In this document: positions 39,201 through 51,700 of the stretch, piece after piece
Layout of the letters: the number at the start of each line of letters is the position of its first letter
Position numbering within the stretch: position 1 is the stretch's first letter
Origin: Phoronis australis
Lineage: Eukaryota > Animalia > Phoronida
Length of the DNA: 64,000 nt
Assembly: GCA_002633005.1 (NCBI GenBank)
Contig: NMRA01000208.1
Location: 597,606 to 661,605 of the forward strand
Reading direction: 5' to 3'
Program-made: the position numbers and the translations under genes
The notes under the pieces: generated by a model
Seen by the model: only the letters and a program-made list of their open reading frames with translations
The model's database searches: none
Told to the model about the DNA's origin: nothing

Positions 39201-42200
39201 TTCAATTCTGTTATCTTGTTTACATGTTATGTAGAATGCTTCAGATAAACACAAAGACTTCAACCAAAAGATAAAATCCTTAACAAAATGACATTGAATC
39301 TTATCCATAACAAAGTAGTTTTTTCTTACCTCACCATACGATCCGATTCCAGTTCATTTCTAATTTCGTGTTGTCTTTGTGAAGCTATTGATCTAAAACA
39401 TATGGACAGAGACAACAGTGTTGAGGCTGCGTACTTAACAAAGTGATGGATGGTAAGTATATAAAGCTAGACACAAAAATATTTTCAGCAGAATTACAGT
39501 GCATGAGAAGAGTCATGAAAACAGCTGATTGTTGAGGATGCCTCTTTTTCACCTACTGTCAGGATTTTAAAGCCTACCTTGAATGGTAACGCACACGAAT
39601 TTGGTTGCATTGTTCTGAGCATCACTAAATGCCCAAATAACAAAACACAAGAACAACACAAAGTTGAAATGAGTCATCGACTGCACCACAAACGGTATGC
39701 TTCTAGGGGTATTTATTAGCATCATAAAACTGGCCACTAGATGGCACACAATAGGTCAAGCCAATTATAAAATGGGAAGACTTTGAAGTCTCATCATTAC
39801 TCACAGTTTTCCTGGAAACTGACTACACACACAGACTACACCAGTTGGTGACACAATTCAATGCAATAATACACATGACACAGAACTAAAGATAATATTC
39901 ACCTTCCAACTAGCGCTGTCGTGTTTGTATGGATGATAAAAGAGGCCACGCCTCCTAATACGCAGCCAATTAGCATGGAGCCTAGAGCGTCAGCGAATGG
40001 ACTACCAGTGAAGTGAGTGATACCCATGCAGACACCAGCGATACCTATACCACCCACAGCTGCCAAATCTTCCAGAAGAACCACGTTCACACTAGGGTCA
40101 TAACCTTGGCGTACTGAAATAACAGGATGGTTCCCTATACGAACAATAGGTGGCGGTACTAACATCAAATGCCAGTGATTTAGCAACTTTACAGCCGCAA
40201 TCACGAGTAAATNGTGAGTTATGACACCAACTAGAGTGAGTTATGACACCAACTAGAGTGAGTTATGACACCAACTAGAGTGAGTTATGACACCAACTAG
40301 AGTGAGTTATGACACCAACTAGAGTGAGTTATGACACCAACTAGAGTGAGTTATGACACCAACTAGAGTGAGTGATAACACCACCTCGTGCGAGTGTTAA
40401 CACATCAGTTGATGTTGTTGGTTGTAAGTGCACAACATTAACCACTGAGTCATACAAGCTCTCCATAGAGCTTAAATATGGAACCCTACATGGCTTCATA
40501 CGTCATACAACTTATACATTGTAGTTTTAGTGAAGTTTACTAACCTTCTGTTAGATAACTGGTATGAAAGTGAGGTTTTTTAACCTAAATTCAAAATTCA
40601 AAAACTTGACACAGTCACTAACCTTCAATATGAGTTCTATATCTTGATTATAAATATAAGAGCGAGTGATCTCCCGACCGTCAAAGTCAACTTCAGCTTT
40701 AAACCTGACATGTTTTCCTCCCATGTCTGTAGCCTTTATATCATGCAGTGCTCTGTAAATCAGTTTAACCAATCACCAACAGATAAAGTATGACCTCGTC
40801 AAAGTGTACGTTACTGTGAAAATTCTCCAGTTTGGGACACTGAAAAATTTACTATTTTGTTCAAAGTCGGGGCTTATACCAAATTTTAGCAATATTGGCT
40901 GTTTCAAATTATGAGAAAGAAAAAAATCTGTGTTGAAAGGTATTTGTCACAGTTTTATTTCAGACTTTATTGATACAAAATGCAGTGTCCAATATTTGAA
41001 CACCAAAATTGCCTTTGTCTCAATCTTCAGAATCAAGAAAATTCCAATTTGCTTTGAATTTCAGTGTCTTAAATTTTAAAGAGTGTCCCAAAGTAATAAC
41101 ACTATTGTTAAAGTAAAACAAACATAAGACTCCTAACACAGAATTTCTCAGTACTCCCTTTCTAGTTAATAACCTTTGCCCTATATTGGATTTTGCTTTT
41201 CATATAACCAAGTTTTTCAAGTTTCACTAATCTTGAGCATGAATCCATTTTTGACAGCATGTTTTATCATTTGCTCCACATGACAAGGTAACTAGTATAT
41301 TTAGATTTCTCACTTCAATTCAGTTATTTAGTTTACATGTTATGTAGAATGGTTCAGATAAACACAAAGACTTCAACCAAAAGATAAAATCTTTAAGAAA
41401 ATGACATTGAATCATTACCAAAACAAAGTAGTTTCAACTTACCTCACCATACGATCCGATTCCAGTTCATTTCTAATTTCGTGTTGTCTTTGTGAAGCTA
41501 TTGATCTAAAACATATGGACAGAGACAACAGTGTTGAGGATGCGTACTTAACAAAGTGATGGATGGTAAGTATATCAAGCTGGACACTAAAATATTTTCA
41601 GCAGAATTACAGTGCATGAGAAGAGTCATGAAAACAGCTGATTGTTGAGGATGCCTCTTTTTCACCTATTGTCAGGATTTTAAAGCCTACCTTGAATGGT
41701 AATGCACACGAATTTGGTTGCATTGTTCTGAGCATCACTAAATGCCCCAAATAACAAAACACAAGAACAACACAAAGTTGAAATGAACCATCGACTGCAC
41801 CACAAACGGTATGCTTCTAGGGGTATTTATTAGCATCATAAAAGTGGCCACTAGATGGCACACAATAGGTCAAGCCAATTACAAAATGGGAAGACTTTGA
41901 AGTCTCATCATTACTCACAGTTTTCCTGGAAACTGACTACACACACAGACTACACCGGTTGGTGTCACAATTTAATGTAATAATACACATGACACCAAAC
42001 TGTTTCAGAGAACTAAAGATAATATTCACCTTCCAACTAGTGCCGTCGTGTTTGTATGGATGATAAAAGAGGCCACGCCTCCTAATACGCAGCCAATTAG
42101 CATGGAGCCTAGAGCGTCAGCGAATGGACTACCAGTGAAGTGAGTGATACCCATGCAGACACCAGCGATCCCTATACCACCCACAGCTGCCAAATCTTCC

Positions 42201-45200
42201 AGAAGAACCACATTCACACTAGGGTCATAACCCTGGCGTACTGAAATAACAGGATGGTTCCCTATACGAACAATAGGTGGCGGTACTAACATCAAATGCC
42301 AGTGATTTAGCAACTTTACAGCCGCAATCACGAGTAAATCACATCATAGCAAACAACAGTTTTCAACACTGTATATATGTCAAACGTTACTGAAAGGATG
42401 CCATCGAAATGGAATGAAGCCCAGTGAAATGCTCGACTAATTTTGAATAGTCACGTATTGTTAAATCCTAGATATAATTACTAAGTAATCACTCACCATA
42501 TTCCCAAAACTTCATCTTTGCCTTCTTAGCATTGTCTCTAACCTGATTGGCAGCTACAGTTAACGTAGCTAGCAAACAGAAATGAAGAGCTTGTCATTTC
42601 ACATGAAGTACAGACATGTTCACACCAACAGTTATGGCAAGGCATGGCAGTGCCTTTAATAGTTAAAACCTGTTCTTTACTAAGCTTTGTAAACATATTA
42701 AATTCATACAACTTGTAATGGAATCAAAAGCGCATCTCATCAACTTCCAGCTCTTAACGTCACCTTGGTAAGCCAAGGTCCGATGAATTGCTGAGGTCAG
42801 ACACACAATAACCCGACGACAATCACATGCAAGAGTCATATTGATGAATACATGCCACTATTTGGTTCATACACTGTGGTTAGGAAACTCTAAAGGAAAA
42901 ACAGTCGTATTGCAGTGACTGTTGCTACAACCAACACAGACAAACGTTGACTAATTGTTTATGGTGTCAGTTACCACAACTCTACTTGGTTTGTTTATTT
43001 ATAATGTGCTAATGATGAGCAGTTGCATTCGTCTGATGATGTTTGCTTAACACGCATGCGACTTCTCAAATTGAATTTATGGATGTATAATTTTGGACCT
43101 ATCACAATTTCTATGAAACACAAGTTTTAACAAAGAATTATATTTGAGAATTTTACCAATAACAATAAGGCAAGAAAGTAAAATGAGGTATATCGTTGAC
43201 AAAAAAATGTCTTTTCATTCCAACTTGAGTAATTAGGGTACTGTTATGATATAGAGGAATGAAATCCAAGATTAAGAAACTTAATTCAGATGACCTGAGT
43301 GGATAGTGAACTCAAAAGGGAAGGTAAACACAGAGAGGTCTTGTGTGTAGATGAAACTTACCAGATTCTGAGAGAAAAGCTCCTGCCAAGATTGCAATAG
43401 CCTGTAATAAATACGCAGTTCAATGAACAAAATGTGAGAACAAACTGTGACTTAAGCCCTACAGAGCAGTTATTAGGCCAAGCCAAAATTGCTGAATAGA
43501 AGAAAATTATTACACTTGCACCAAAACAGTCAATGCACCATGGTAAGTCTTTGTGTATTTAGCGCAAAATATGGTGGACAAGTGAAATATTATTATATTT
43601 TGTCAATTTTTGCAAAGAAAATAAAGATAAAGAACATTAAGTTTGCTATTAACATGGTTTGATCCATTAAGATGTCCCAAAATAACACACAGTTTCCATT
43701 ATGTGCAACAAAGCAGTGAGCCCTTGAAAACTGGAAAACCAGTGGCAAATTTGGCAGTTGCTATTGTGCAAAATCAGTGGAGAATTACCGTATTCTGTCC
43801 ACAATATAACCGCTATTAAATTTAGAAATGTTAACCTGCTGCATATAGAAAATTCTAAATTGTATACTAGTCACAGATGGGGAATCATGTAATGCACATG
43901 TATGTAGTTTAAATACGAGAATGACAGAGAAAACAGCTTTAACAATCTAACATCATTCTACGCAGTTATAGATTCATGCAGATTTCCGCATTTTAAATAA
44001 TCTCAGCCTGGGCTTCATGATTTTGATCAAAATCTGGACAAGCCACATCAATTGATGAACACAGTCAGTTAAAAAGTATCTAAACAGTATGCAATAATAC
44101 GTTCACTTACCCATGGTAGAGACTCCAACGGCTGTGGGTATAGTATACCTTGTATACCGTGGTACCATGATAGGCCAGTACCAAAACAGAAAATACCAAC
44201 TCCACTGATCAGGGAAGACACGTAACGAATATTCATATAACCGTAGCTGAAAGTGAACCAGAGCTTGGTTTTTACAAACATGTCAATCTTAAACTGGCAT
44301 GTAAATGTGGGTCACGAGCAGTCTGATCAGCACGCCACCTGTGGCCACATCACGGACTGCATGATTAGCAGAAGGTTCTGGGCTCGAATCTCGGTTGAGG
44401 CAGAAATATTAAATTTTTCAGACTTCTATTCATTAGGTCACATGATGTGGCCACAGGGGCATGCTGACCAGGCTCAAAAATGTTTGCGCAAACATAATTC
44501 TTCCATAAATTATTTTTACTGAATGATCCTAGTGAGGTTGCTTTAATATGGTATTGAAGAGTGAGCTTAGTGTCTACAAATATACACTTTACAGAAAGAC
44601 AACCAAGTTGTGAAATAAACACCTTGAGGTTTTTAGTCTAGTGAATTTCTTTGAAACTGGATCGCTTTAATTCACTGAACAGATATTATTATATTTTGTT
44701 TACCAGTCATCTATAAGAACACGTGAATAACACATTATACTACAATACAGTAACTACAGATAACGTACGGGTGAAGAGAGTCGGCTTTCTTGACTGAAGC
44801 ACTCAGGCCGTAAGCTAGAATCAGCTGATTGCAAGTGTCAGCCAATGAATGAATTGCTTCGGCAAACATACTGTGTGAGCCTGTGTACATCCAAGCAACC
44901 AGCTTCACAGCAAAATTAGCAGCATTGCTGGAAACAAAGAGACAAGCAGAATTGAACATAGAACCTGACAGACTGCTAGTACATTTATGTGACTTTGAAT
45001 AACCCTCGTGTCCCATACAGTGTCGTCGTGCAAATTTGAACTACAAGCACTGTTGTTTGGAGAGTGTTCCCAGTTATAGTGGCCAGGGCTGGTGGTGAAG
45101 GTACCATGGGCGTATTATGTCTGTTACAGCACTGCGCCACATGAATACCACAATAATGAAAAAGGAACAACTTCAAAATGTCATATTCACTACTACTTCC

Positions 45201-45912
45201 CCTGGTAATGGCCATTAGGTGGCAGCACGTTACAAACAGTGCCACAGATGACAAAAACAGGCATGTGTGGGTGCATAAAAATTGTTATCACCCAAGAAAC
45301 ATATTTTGGAGTCTAGAAAAAGAATGCTTAAGTTACATTGTCCTTAAGTTGTACCAAGAATTAAAGCAGAGACAATACTCCAAAAACTTAAATTAACGGG
45401 CATCAAACAATGGAGACATACCAACTAAGAGTACTTACATAACTACAGCATACAGAACAACTCTTCCAGAACCGTGACTAAAAATATTCTCTTCAGACGC
45501 AGACTGAAATGAAAAACAACACAACAAAGTACAGTATGAGCCATTCTGTTTGCTGTGTATTAGCATGTGAAGAATATTAAACATGAACACTAACTCTGTC
45601 TTCAGCAGTTACGCTAACATTTCCCTTCTGAGCCTCCGTGCGACATTCTACATCTGTCCATGTGCACTAACTCAGTAATTGTCCTAAATCAATTCAAAGT
45701 CAAATACTGTCAACATCCAACTTATAATCCATAACAACATTCAATACAACTATTGTTTAATTTAATGTAACTTAATTTAATCTATTTATCTATCTTAATG
45801 TATTTAATTCAATTTAATTTTTGCTGTAGAGGACCATGCTGCATATTAGCCTTTGGCTAAAGCATGTTTTATGTAGACTATTGTATTTTATCCTCTATAA
45901 ATAAAATTTATT

Positions 45913-45966
<54 letters not shown>

Positions 45967-48900
45967 ACTTGGACAACTTTTACAACATTAAGCAGCCCAA
46001 TATAAACAACGTTCTAATCCTGGAAAAACAGGAAAACAGATGGCTGCCTAGTTTTATTAAGTCTCAAAAAGCTGATAACACTCATAAGGCATTGTTCTTA
46101 AAAACACTGATGCCCTGACAAAGAGAACCACAGAGGTACTACAATGAGCCAGTGTCAGGTTAAGAGAGAAAACTTGTTTATATCATAACGTACAGTGGTA
46201 ACTTTTGACTGCTTTGCTCCGTAAGCCGTGTGAATGTAAGGTACTTCTTTCGATTGCGAGTCTTCAGATTGCTTGGCCAGGTGGAAAATATCCACTAAAA
46301 CATGAGTAAAATAACATTCACATGTTTACCTCTCCAAATCAGTTACACTTGGGCAATACTGAAGTAATGTATTATTAGTTGTAATATTTATAGTCAAACA
46401 GTGCGACAATGAACCATCCTGCGACTCTTGTGAAAAATTCTCCGTAACCGAAGCTTGCTGTAATCCAATTAAACTGTACACAGTACCGTTGACTTGGAAC
46501 ATTACAAGAGAACACTGTTTGTGAACCGTGCTCATTTCAACATGGTTCCACTGTAACAAGCTTCTATGAAATTATACAAACAGAATGAGAAGTTTGGATA
46601 AAATAAAAAACTGAACTAAGTAATGTCTTTTTGGAAGTGGGATGGGTTTAAACCAGTGAGAATTGGGTTGATAGATATACAAGACTCAAGAACTGTAATT
46701 AAAATTACATTAGACTAAAGTGCTAATCAAAATTAATAAAAACACTAATTGTAATACTTACAGGTAATGTACCGATCTTCTGACCTTTTCTTCTTACTTT
46801 TTTCTTTGGCAAGGTTCTCAAGGCTTCCCCAAATATCAATAGCTCTGAATTAAAAACAGTGAATTCTGCTATAAACAGGAAATCCAAATGGACAGCAGAG
46901 CAAGTCTGTGATTTATCAGATACTCAAGTGCAAATCACTCACTGGCTAAAATCCCAGGTCGCCAAGCAAAATCTGAGGTCGCCAAAACTGAGAATCCCAG
47001 GTCGCTAAATGAAATTTGAAAGTCAGCATGAACTGCGAAATGAATTTAGGGAGAATTATTGTCTGACTTTGATACTCTCAGTGGCAACTTCGTGGCGACT
47101 TGAGATTTTTCCTCGGTCAGCAAACACAATCTCAAGTCACTGATAATGCTGATAGTAAGCTTAATTTACCTTCTTTCCACGTCTTGACGAAGATAAACCA
47201 TCATCTTTTGCTCTGTATCGTACGGACTCCTACGAATTATTCTTTGACAAGCTTCCAAATCTCTAAAAATATAACGTCATTAATTGGGTTTATAACACGT
47301 ATACCATCATTGTAGTAAATCTGAGTGAGTACTTTTAAACTCTTGCTAACATACTACCAATTCAAAAATAGTCATAATATCTCAACTCATACGTTCACCA
47401 GACAACATAAAGTATGCAGAAACCAATATTGCTTTGGTGAATGAAACAAGGCAGTCATGAAATGAAGTTTTAACACGTAACAGGACCTGGTTTTAAGCAA
47501 CTTAAAAGATGTGCCAAAACAGACTTCCTTCAAAGACCACTTACTTTGGAGTGAGTAGGTACTCTTGCATAGCTCTGACAGGGGTGATGTATACATTAGC
47601 TGTGTAACTCTTGGTCAGATCAATTTTCTTTCGCTCTTTTCTTTTTGGCACAACTATAACAATAACAATATATGGGGTTGCCTAATAAATCATGACAACC
47701 TATAAACTAAAACTGATTATGCAACTAAAATACGTGTTTCGCAACACAATGTAAACAACATCTTCAAAAACTCTAAGACATGTACAGCCAATAATGTCAT
47801 TAACGATACACAAAGCCAGTGTTTTCACCATGATTTTTGAATGTGGTGGGAACAACAGAATGCAGTCAATCACAATATTCTGCTAAGTCCCTCTGGAGAT
47901 ACCGTTGTGTTCTGTGTTTTTGCTAAGAACTTTTAGTCAATAGGATCACAATTAGGCAATGATTTTCAAACAAATGACAAGACTCAAAGTCAAACTCCAA
48001 TGAGCACTAGACTGAAGAAAATGACAGAAATGACTCAACACATTTTTCCTAGAAAAAACAGACAGACAATACCTTTCATAATTGCTTCTTTTAATCCACT
48101 GCCCTTCGTACTTGACTTGTTTTGCTCACTTGTGGTCTCGGTGGGTTTAGGGTTATTCTCATCAGAGTTTGAAGAAAAGAACAGTGCACTTGACTTGGTC
48201 AAATTGTGTTGCGCATAAAAAACTGTTGATGTTACTGGAAGTCCCCTTTGTTTCAGACAACCTGCAATGGAAAGCACTTCATTAGCTATAATTCAAAATC
48301 TATTCACTGAGATTTGTTAAACTATTCGGGTTAACACAGCTAAATTTTCAACTGCGAAAACAATATCTCCCGCTTGGGTGCCTATGTTGTGTTGTTCTCA
48401 GCTCAAGGCGCATCTCCACCACTTGATTTCCGAATTTCTTACTGAACCAATACAGTAAAAGCATAATAAATGACTAAAAAGGCAATGGCAACAAGTTTCA
48501 ATATCACAAAGTACTACAGACGACATCTATAGGTACATTTAACAACAAAAAACAAGTTAGAAATTGTCTGATGTTACATTAAATGTGCATATTCAAACAT
48601 GTCAAATTTTCTTCCAAACCAAATAGACCAGAATTTTTCAAAATTCAATGGCATTATTTCTAGAAATCAAATAATCTGGAATCGTAAATTTGGGTTATTG
48701 AGATAAGTAACCTGGAATAAAATATTAAGGATCAGAAACCTGCGTACCATTGCAGTTTTACCATAAGATATGACAACAACAAAAGACATTGTGTCAACTA
48801 ACAACATAACTCATGACATTTTCACACAACCCCAAACTTTCAATTTCAAAATGTTCATTACCAGCGCAAGTTGCCAGAAGTCGAGTTGTTTGCGGCAGTC

Positions 48901-48976
48901 GGATTGTCTGACCAGAGTCCAAGCACAGATGTGCTGATGCAACAATAAAGGTCTTCATCCGGTGTTTGTGGAACAT
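36210..48976 (-). CDS. SLC30A9: Zinc transporter 9 (CDF family); exons 48976-48862, 48261-48073, 47653-47545, 47262-47170, 46844-46762, 46294-46194, 45503-45439, 44927-44769, 44246-44111, 43401-43362, 42568-42497, 42240-42030, 41505-41443, 40752-40623 (the last three duplicated at 40113-39903, 39392-39330, 38641-38512), 37587-37474, 36254-36210
   Basis: Motifs ITPVRAMQEY, RRSPY, IWGSLENLAKEK, TGSHSMFAEAIHSLADTCNQ, VVLLEDLAAV, RFKAEVDFDG and C-terminal RHVDLEIL*. Splice phases are consistent with one copy of the exon triplet. Confidence 0.95.
38130..38277. repeat. 22-bp minisatellite, diverged units (GTGAGTTATAACACCAACTCAT)
   Basis: About six tandem units, directly visible. Confidence 0.85.
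40214..40385. repeat. 22-bp minisatellite (GTGAGTTATGACACCAACTAGA)n
   Basis: About seven perfect units running into the N gap. Confidence 0.95.
45914..45966. repeat. (TTG)n microsatellite
   Basis: Direct reading. It explains the poly-Cys ORF. Confidence 0.97.
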
Positions 48977-49182
48977 CTTTATACTCTGAAAATATGAAAC
49001 ACACTGTTAGTATGATTTGACAAAAACTGAAGGCACTTTTGTCAGACGTATGCTTTGGTTGAAATTATTGTAAAACTTCAAATGATTTACGTTTTACATC
49101 TTGTCAATGTGTTGAAATTTAGCTCAGAGTAAAGCCTTTCCATTAGAGTAAGACAGTGGAATTAAATTTTGCCATATAGCTC

Positions 49183-50284
49183 AACACAAGGAAGAATATC
49201 TTATTTCTAGGCCAATTTTGAATTACTTCTGAATGTTTTTTTTATAATTACGACAGCTACACCCAAAAGAAACAGTGCTTCAGTATTTCAAGTTAGGCAA
49301 GGTTGGTATGTAGCATAAGTCAAGCAAAAATAGACAGAAATTCCACGCTCAGCGTGATGCCGTTTCCACTTTNTGCTGGAGGTATTTATATATGGTTTAA
49401 AACTGCACACTGCACTGGTGTGACCTACTTCTTAGACACTTCAAAGTTTAGCTTTCCTACCAATGCATCTCATAATTTCTCCAAAGCATTTGACAGACCA
49501 AGAGCAGCAAACAAAAGATCAAAAGTTCCTTTAATAATACCAATGCCGATTTTAATATCAATTAGACATATTAAGTACTACTAACATGAGTTCTGATGTG
49601 ACCTAGTTTTTAGTGACACCTGTTGTCAAGTTTAATAAGCTCATGAAGTTCTAACTTGCCACTAGATGTCAGTCAAAATCAAAATTGTCTTTATTAAGCA
49701 AATTAAATTGCTTTTTTATAGGTTGACTTGCAAAATTTTAAAGTTAGAATGACAAAGTAGATTAGTCATTCAATTAAGCAAGCTAGGTGACTCCATGAAA
49801 TGTTTGTTATTTAAAGTTTTTTGCAGATTTTGTTAATAATAAATTAAACTTTTGTAGTGTCTTACGAAGTTATACATATAGTGTTGACTGCCTCTACAGA
49901 TTTGTATTGGGCTTGATGTTGGTTAATCAGGCACTGCTTTAGGGTTGAGGGCTGAAATACCAAGCCAGGACAAAAGTTCAAACCTGACGCAGCACTTTCT
50001 AAACTCGACGCGCATTTTCCAAACTCGACGCAGCAAAATCCAAACTCGTTGCAGCGTCGAGTTAAAACAGGCCGTGGAGAACACTGCATATACCTAAACA
50101 CAAGGAAGAATATCTTATTTCTAGGCCAATTTTGAATTACTTCTGAATGTTTTTTATGATTACGACAGCTACACCCAAAAGAAACAGTGCTTCAGTATTT
50201 CAAGTTAGGCAAGGTTGGTATGTAGCATAAGTCAAGCAAAAATAGACAGAAATTCCACGCTCATCGTGATGCCGTTTCTACTTT
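49183..50284. repeat. ~190-bp direct repeat (49183-49372 and 50097-50284); the first copy ends at N 49373
   Basis: AACACAAGGAAGAATATC...GATGCCGTTTC(C/T)ACTTT occurs twice with few differences. Confidence 0.85.
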
Positions 50285-51464
50285 CACAAACAAATATTCC
50301 AGCAATTATTTTTTTCAAAGTCCTTTGCTAAGATGCCCAAATCGTCATCTGGCCATGTTTACTCTACTCGCGGCAGGGGGCGCCATGATGCCATGCTCCC
50401 TGGCTCAAGGAGTGTGAAAATGGCCAGATGATGACTTGGGCAACTGAACAAAGGACTGTTAAAAAATTGATTGCGGCAGTATTTGTTCGAACTGGGAAGA
50501 GTTAAAGACAACAACAGCCTCCTAATATGTCCATCTAGGTGCAAAAGGTACTTATAGCAACATGACTTTGGTGGTAAGGCATAACTCCCCAAAAAGCTTC
50601 CAGCATATGGCAGCCTTACGGGACAGCCACCGCCTGCACTGGGGCCAGTTGACACAGTGGTACAGTCTAGTCCTAATGACGATTTTCTGTAAATTACGCT
50701 TAACACTGGCTAAGCTCACGAAGTCACATCAATAAGTGAACCTTTCAAGTGTAGATGGACACCAATGGAGGCACCTTTTAGCTCTAACGCATGTTCCCGC
50801 AATCAACATTTTCTCCCACTGGCCATTCGTTTATGATCAACAAAATCATGATCTGACCCATTTTCGTTTTTATCGTATTACTGAGGACGCCGTAGCATTT
50901 AAACTTAATCACTGACATTGATCATCTCTGGAGTGAGCCCATCACTAATGAGCTCGCTATGTGCTCAAAACTTGGCATAACTGGCAAAATGACGAATGAA
51001 GAGACATATTGGAAAGAAATGTTAAACAGTTAATTACTAATAATATGTTACAGATGGACAGACTCAAAGATATTGACGGCAAAAGGTGTCTGTTTGAACG
51101 TAATTGTTATAACCAGTGAGAGGCATAATTTGCCAAACAAAAAAAACTTCCGACGAATGGTGTTTCAGATGGCTAACGTCAGCCCCAGCTTGGTTGGTCC
51201 AGTTTAGACGGTTCAAACCCGACTTAACCAATCGGATACCATTAATAATCCACTGGTCACCGACCACCATAGCAAAGACGTCTTATGCCTCGTACACCAT
51301 TTTACGCACTGCAAAAACAGACTTACTGCTAGCAATGAACTGCCTGTCTCATTCACGGGAGTTTATCGTGTAGTTTTGAGAGGTAACCTAGGTAAACAGA
51401 TTGAGACCAGGCTGCTGTGGTCTTGGCTGTCTTGTCCAAAACTGAGGAAATGTTTGCAGACTAC

Positions 51465-51700
51465 TCACCAGAGACATCTGGTGGCAATCAAAATTGCAGG
51501 TCACTGTAGAGAAGAACAGACACACACGAATATTTGTAAGACGTTTATGGTTTGAATTTTTATGTTTTTCGATGTCTGTTCGATTATTAATATATTTTCT
51601 ACGAGGCTGATTGTTTTTTTATAATCTATGCGCTGATCTTTTATTTCTTCGTTCAGTTTGTGCTTCGTAAAATAAATCATGTGACTAGAACAAAATGGCG
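51465..51700. promoter_or_regulatory. Probable bidirectional promoter shared by SLC30A9 (-) and GRTP1 (+)
   Basis: Minus-strand donor CTG|GTGAGT near 51462-51470 (candidate SLC30A9 UTR exon). GRTP1 ATG at 51695 in an AAAATGGCGG context. Confidence 0.5.

Larger units (their letters stand above)
38130..42339. repeat. ~2.1-kb duplication of three SLC30A9 exons (38130-40212 and 40214-42339) split by an N
   Basis: Colinear copies with the junction at N 40213. The exonic differences I found are all synonymous. Confidence 0.9.

Noticed and set aside
40214-40385. CRISPR-like regular repeats
   Set aside because: Contiguous 22-bp units with no spacers, inside a eukaryotic intron; this is a minisatellite.
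45864-46118. Poly-cysteine ORF
   Set aside because: A (TTG)n microsatellite in an intron.
50820-51300. LINE endonuclease remnant on the minus strand (VVGD..., GSDHDFV)
   Set aside because: Only two short motifs in broken frames; too weak to call.
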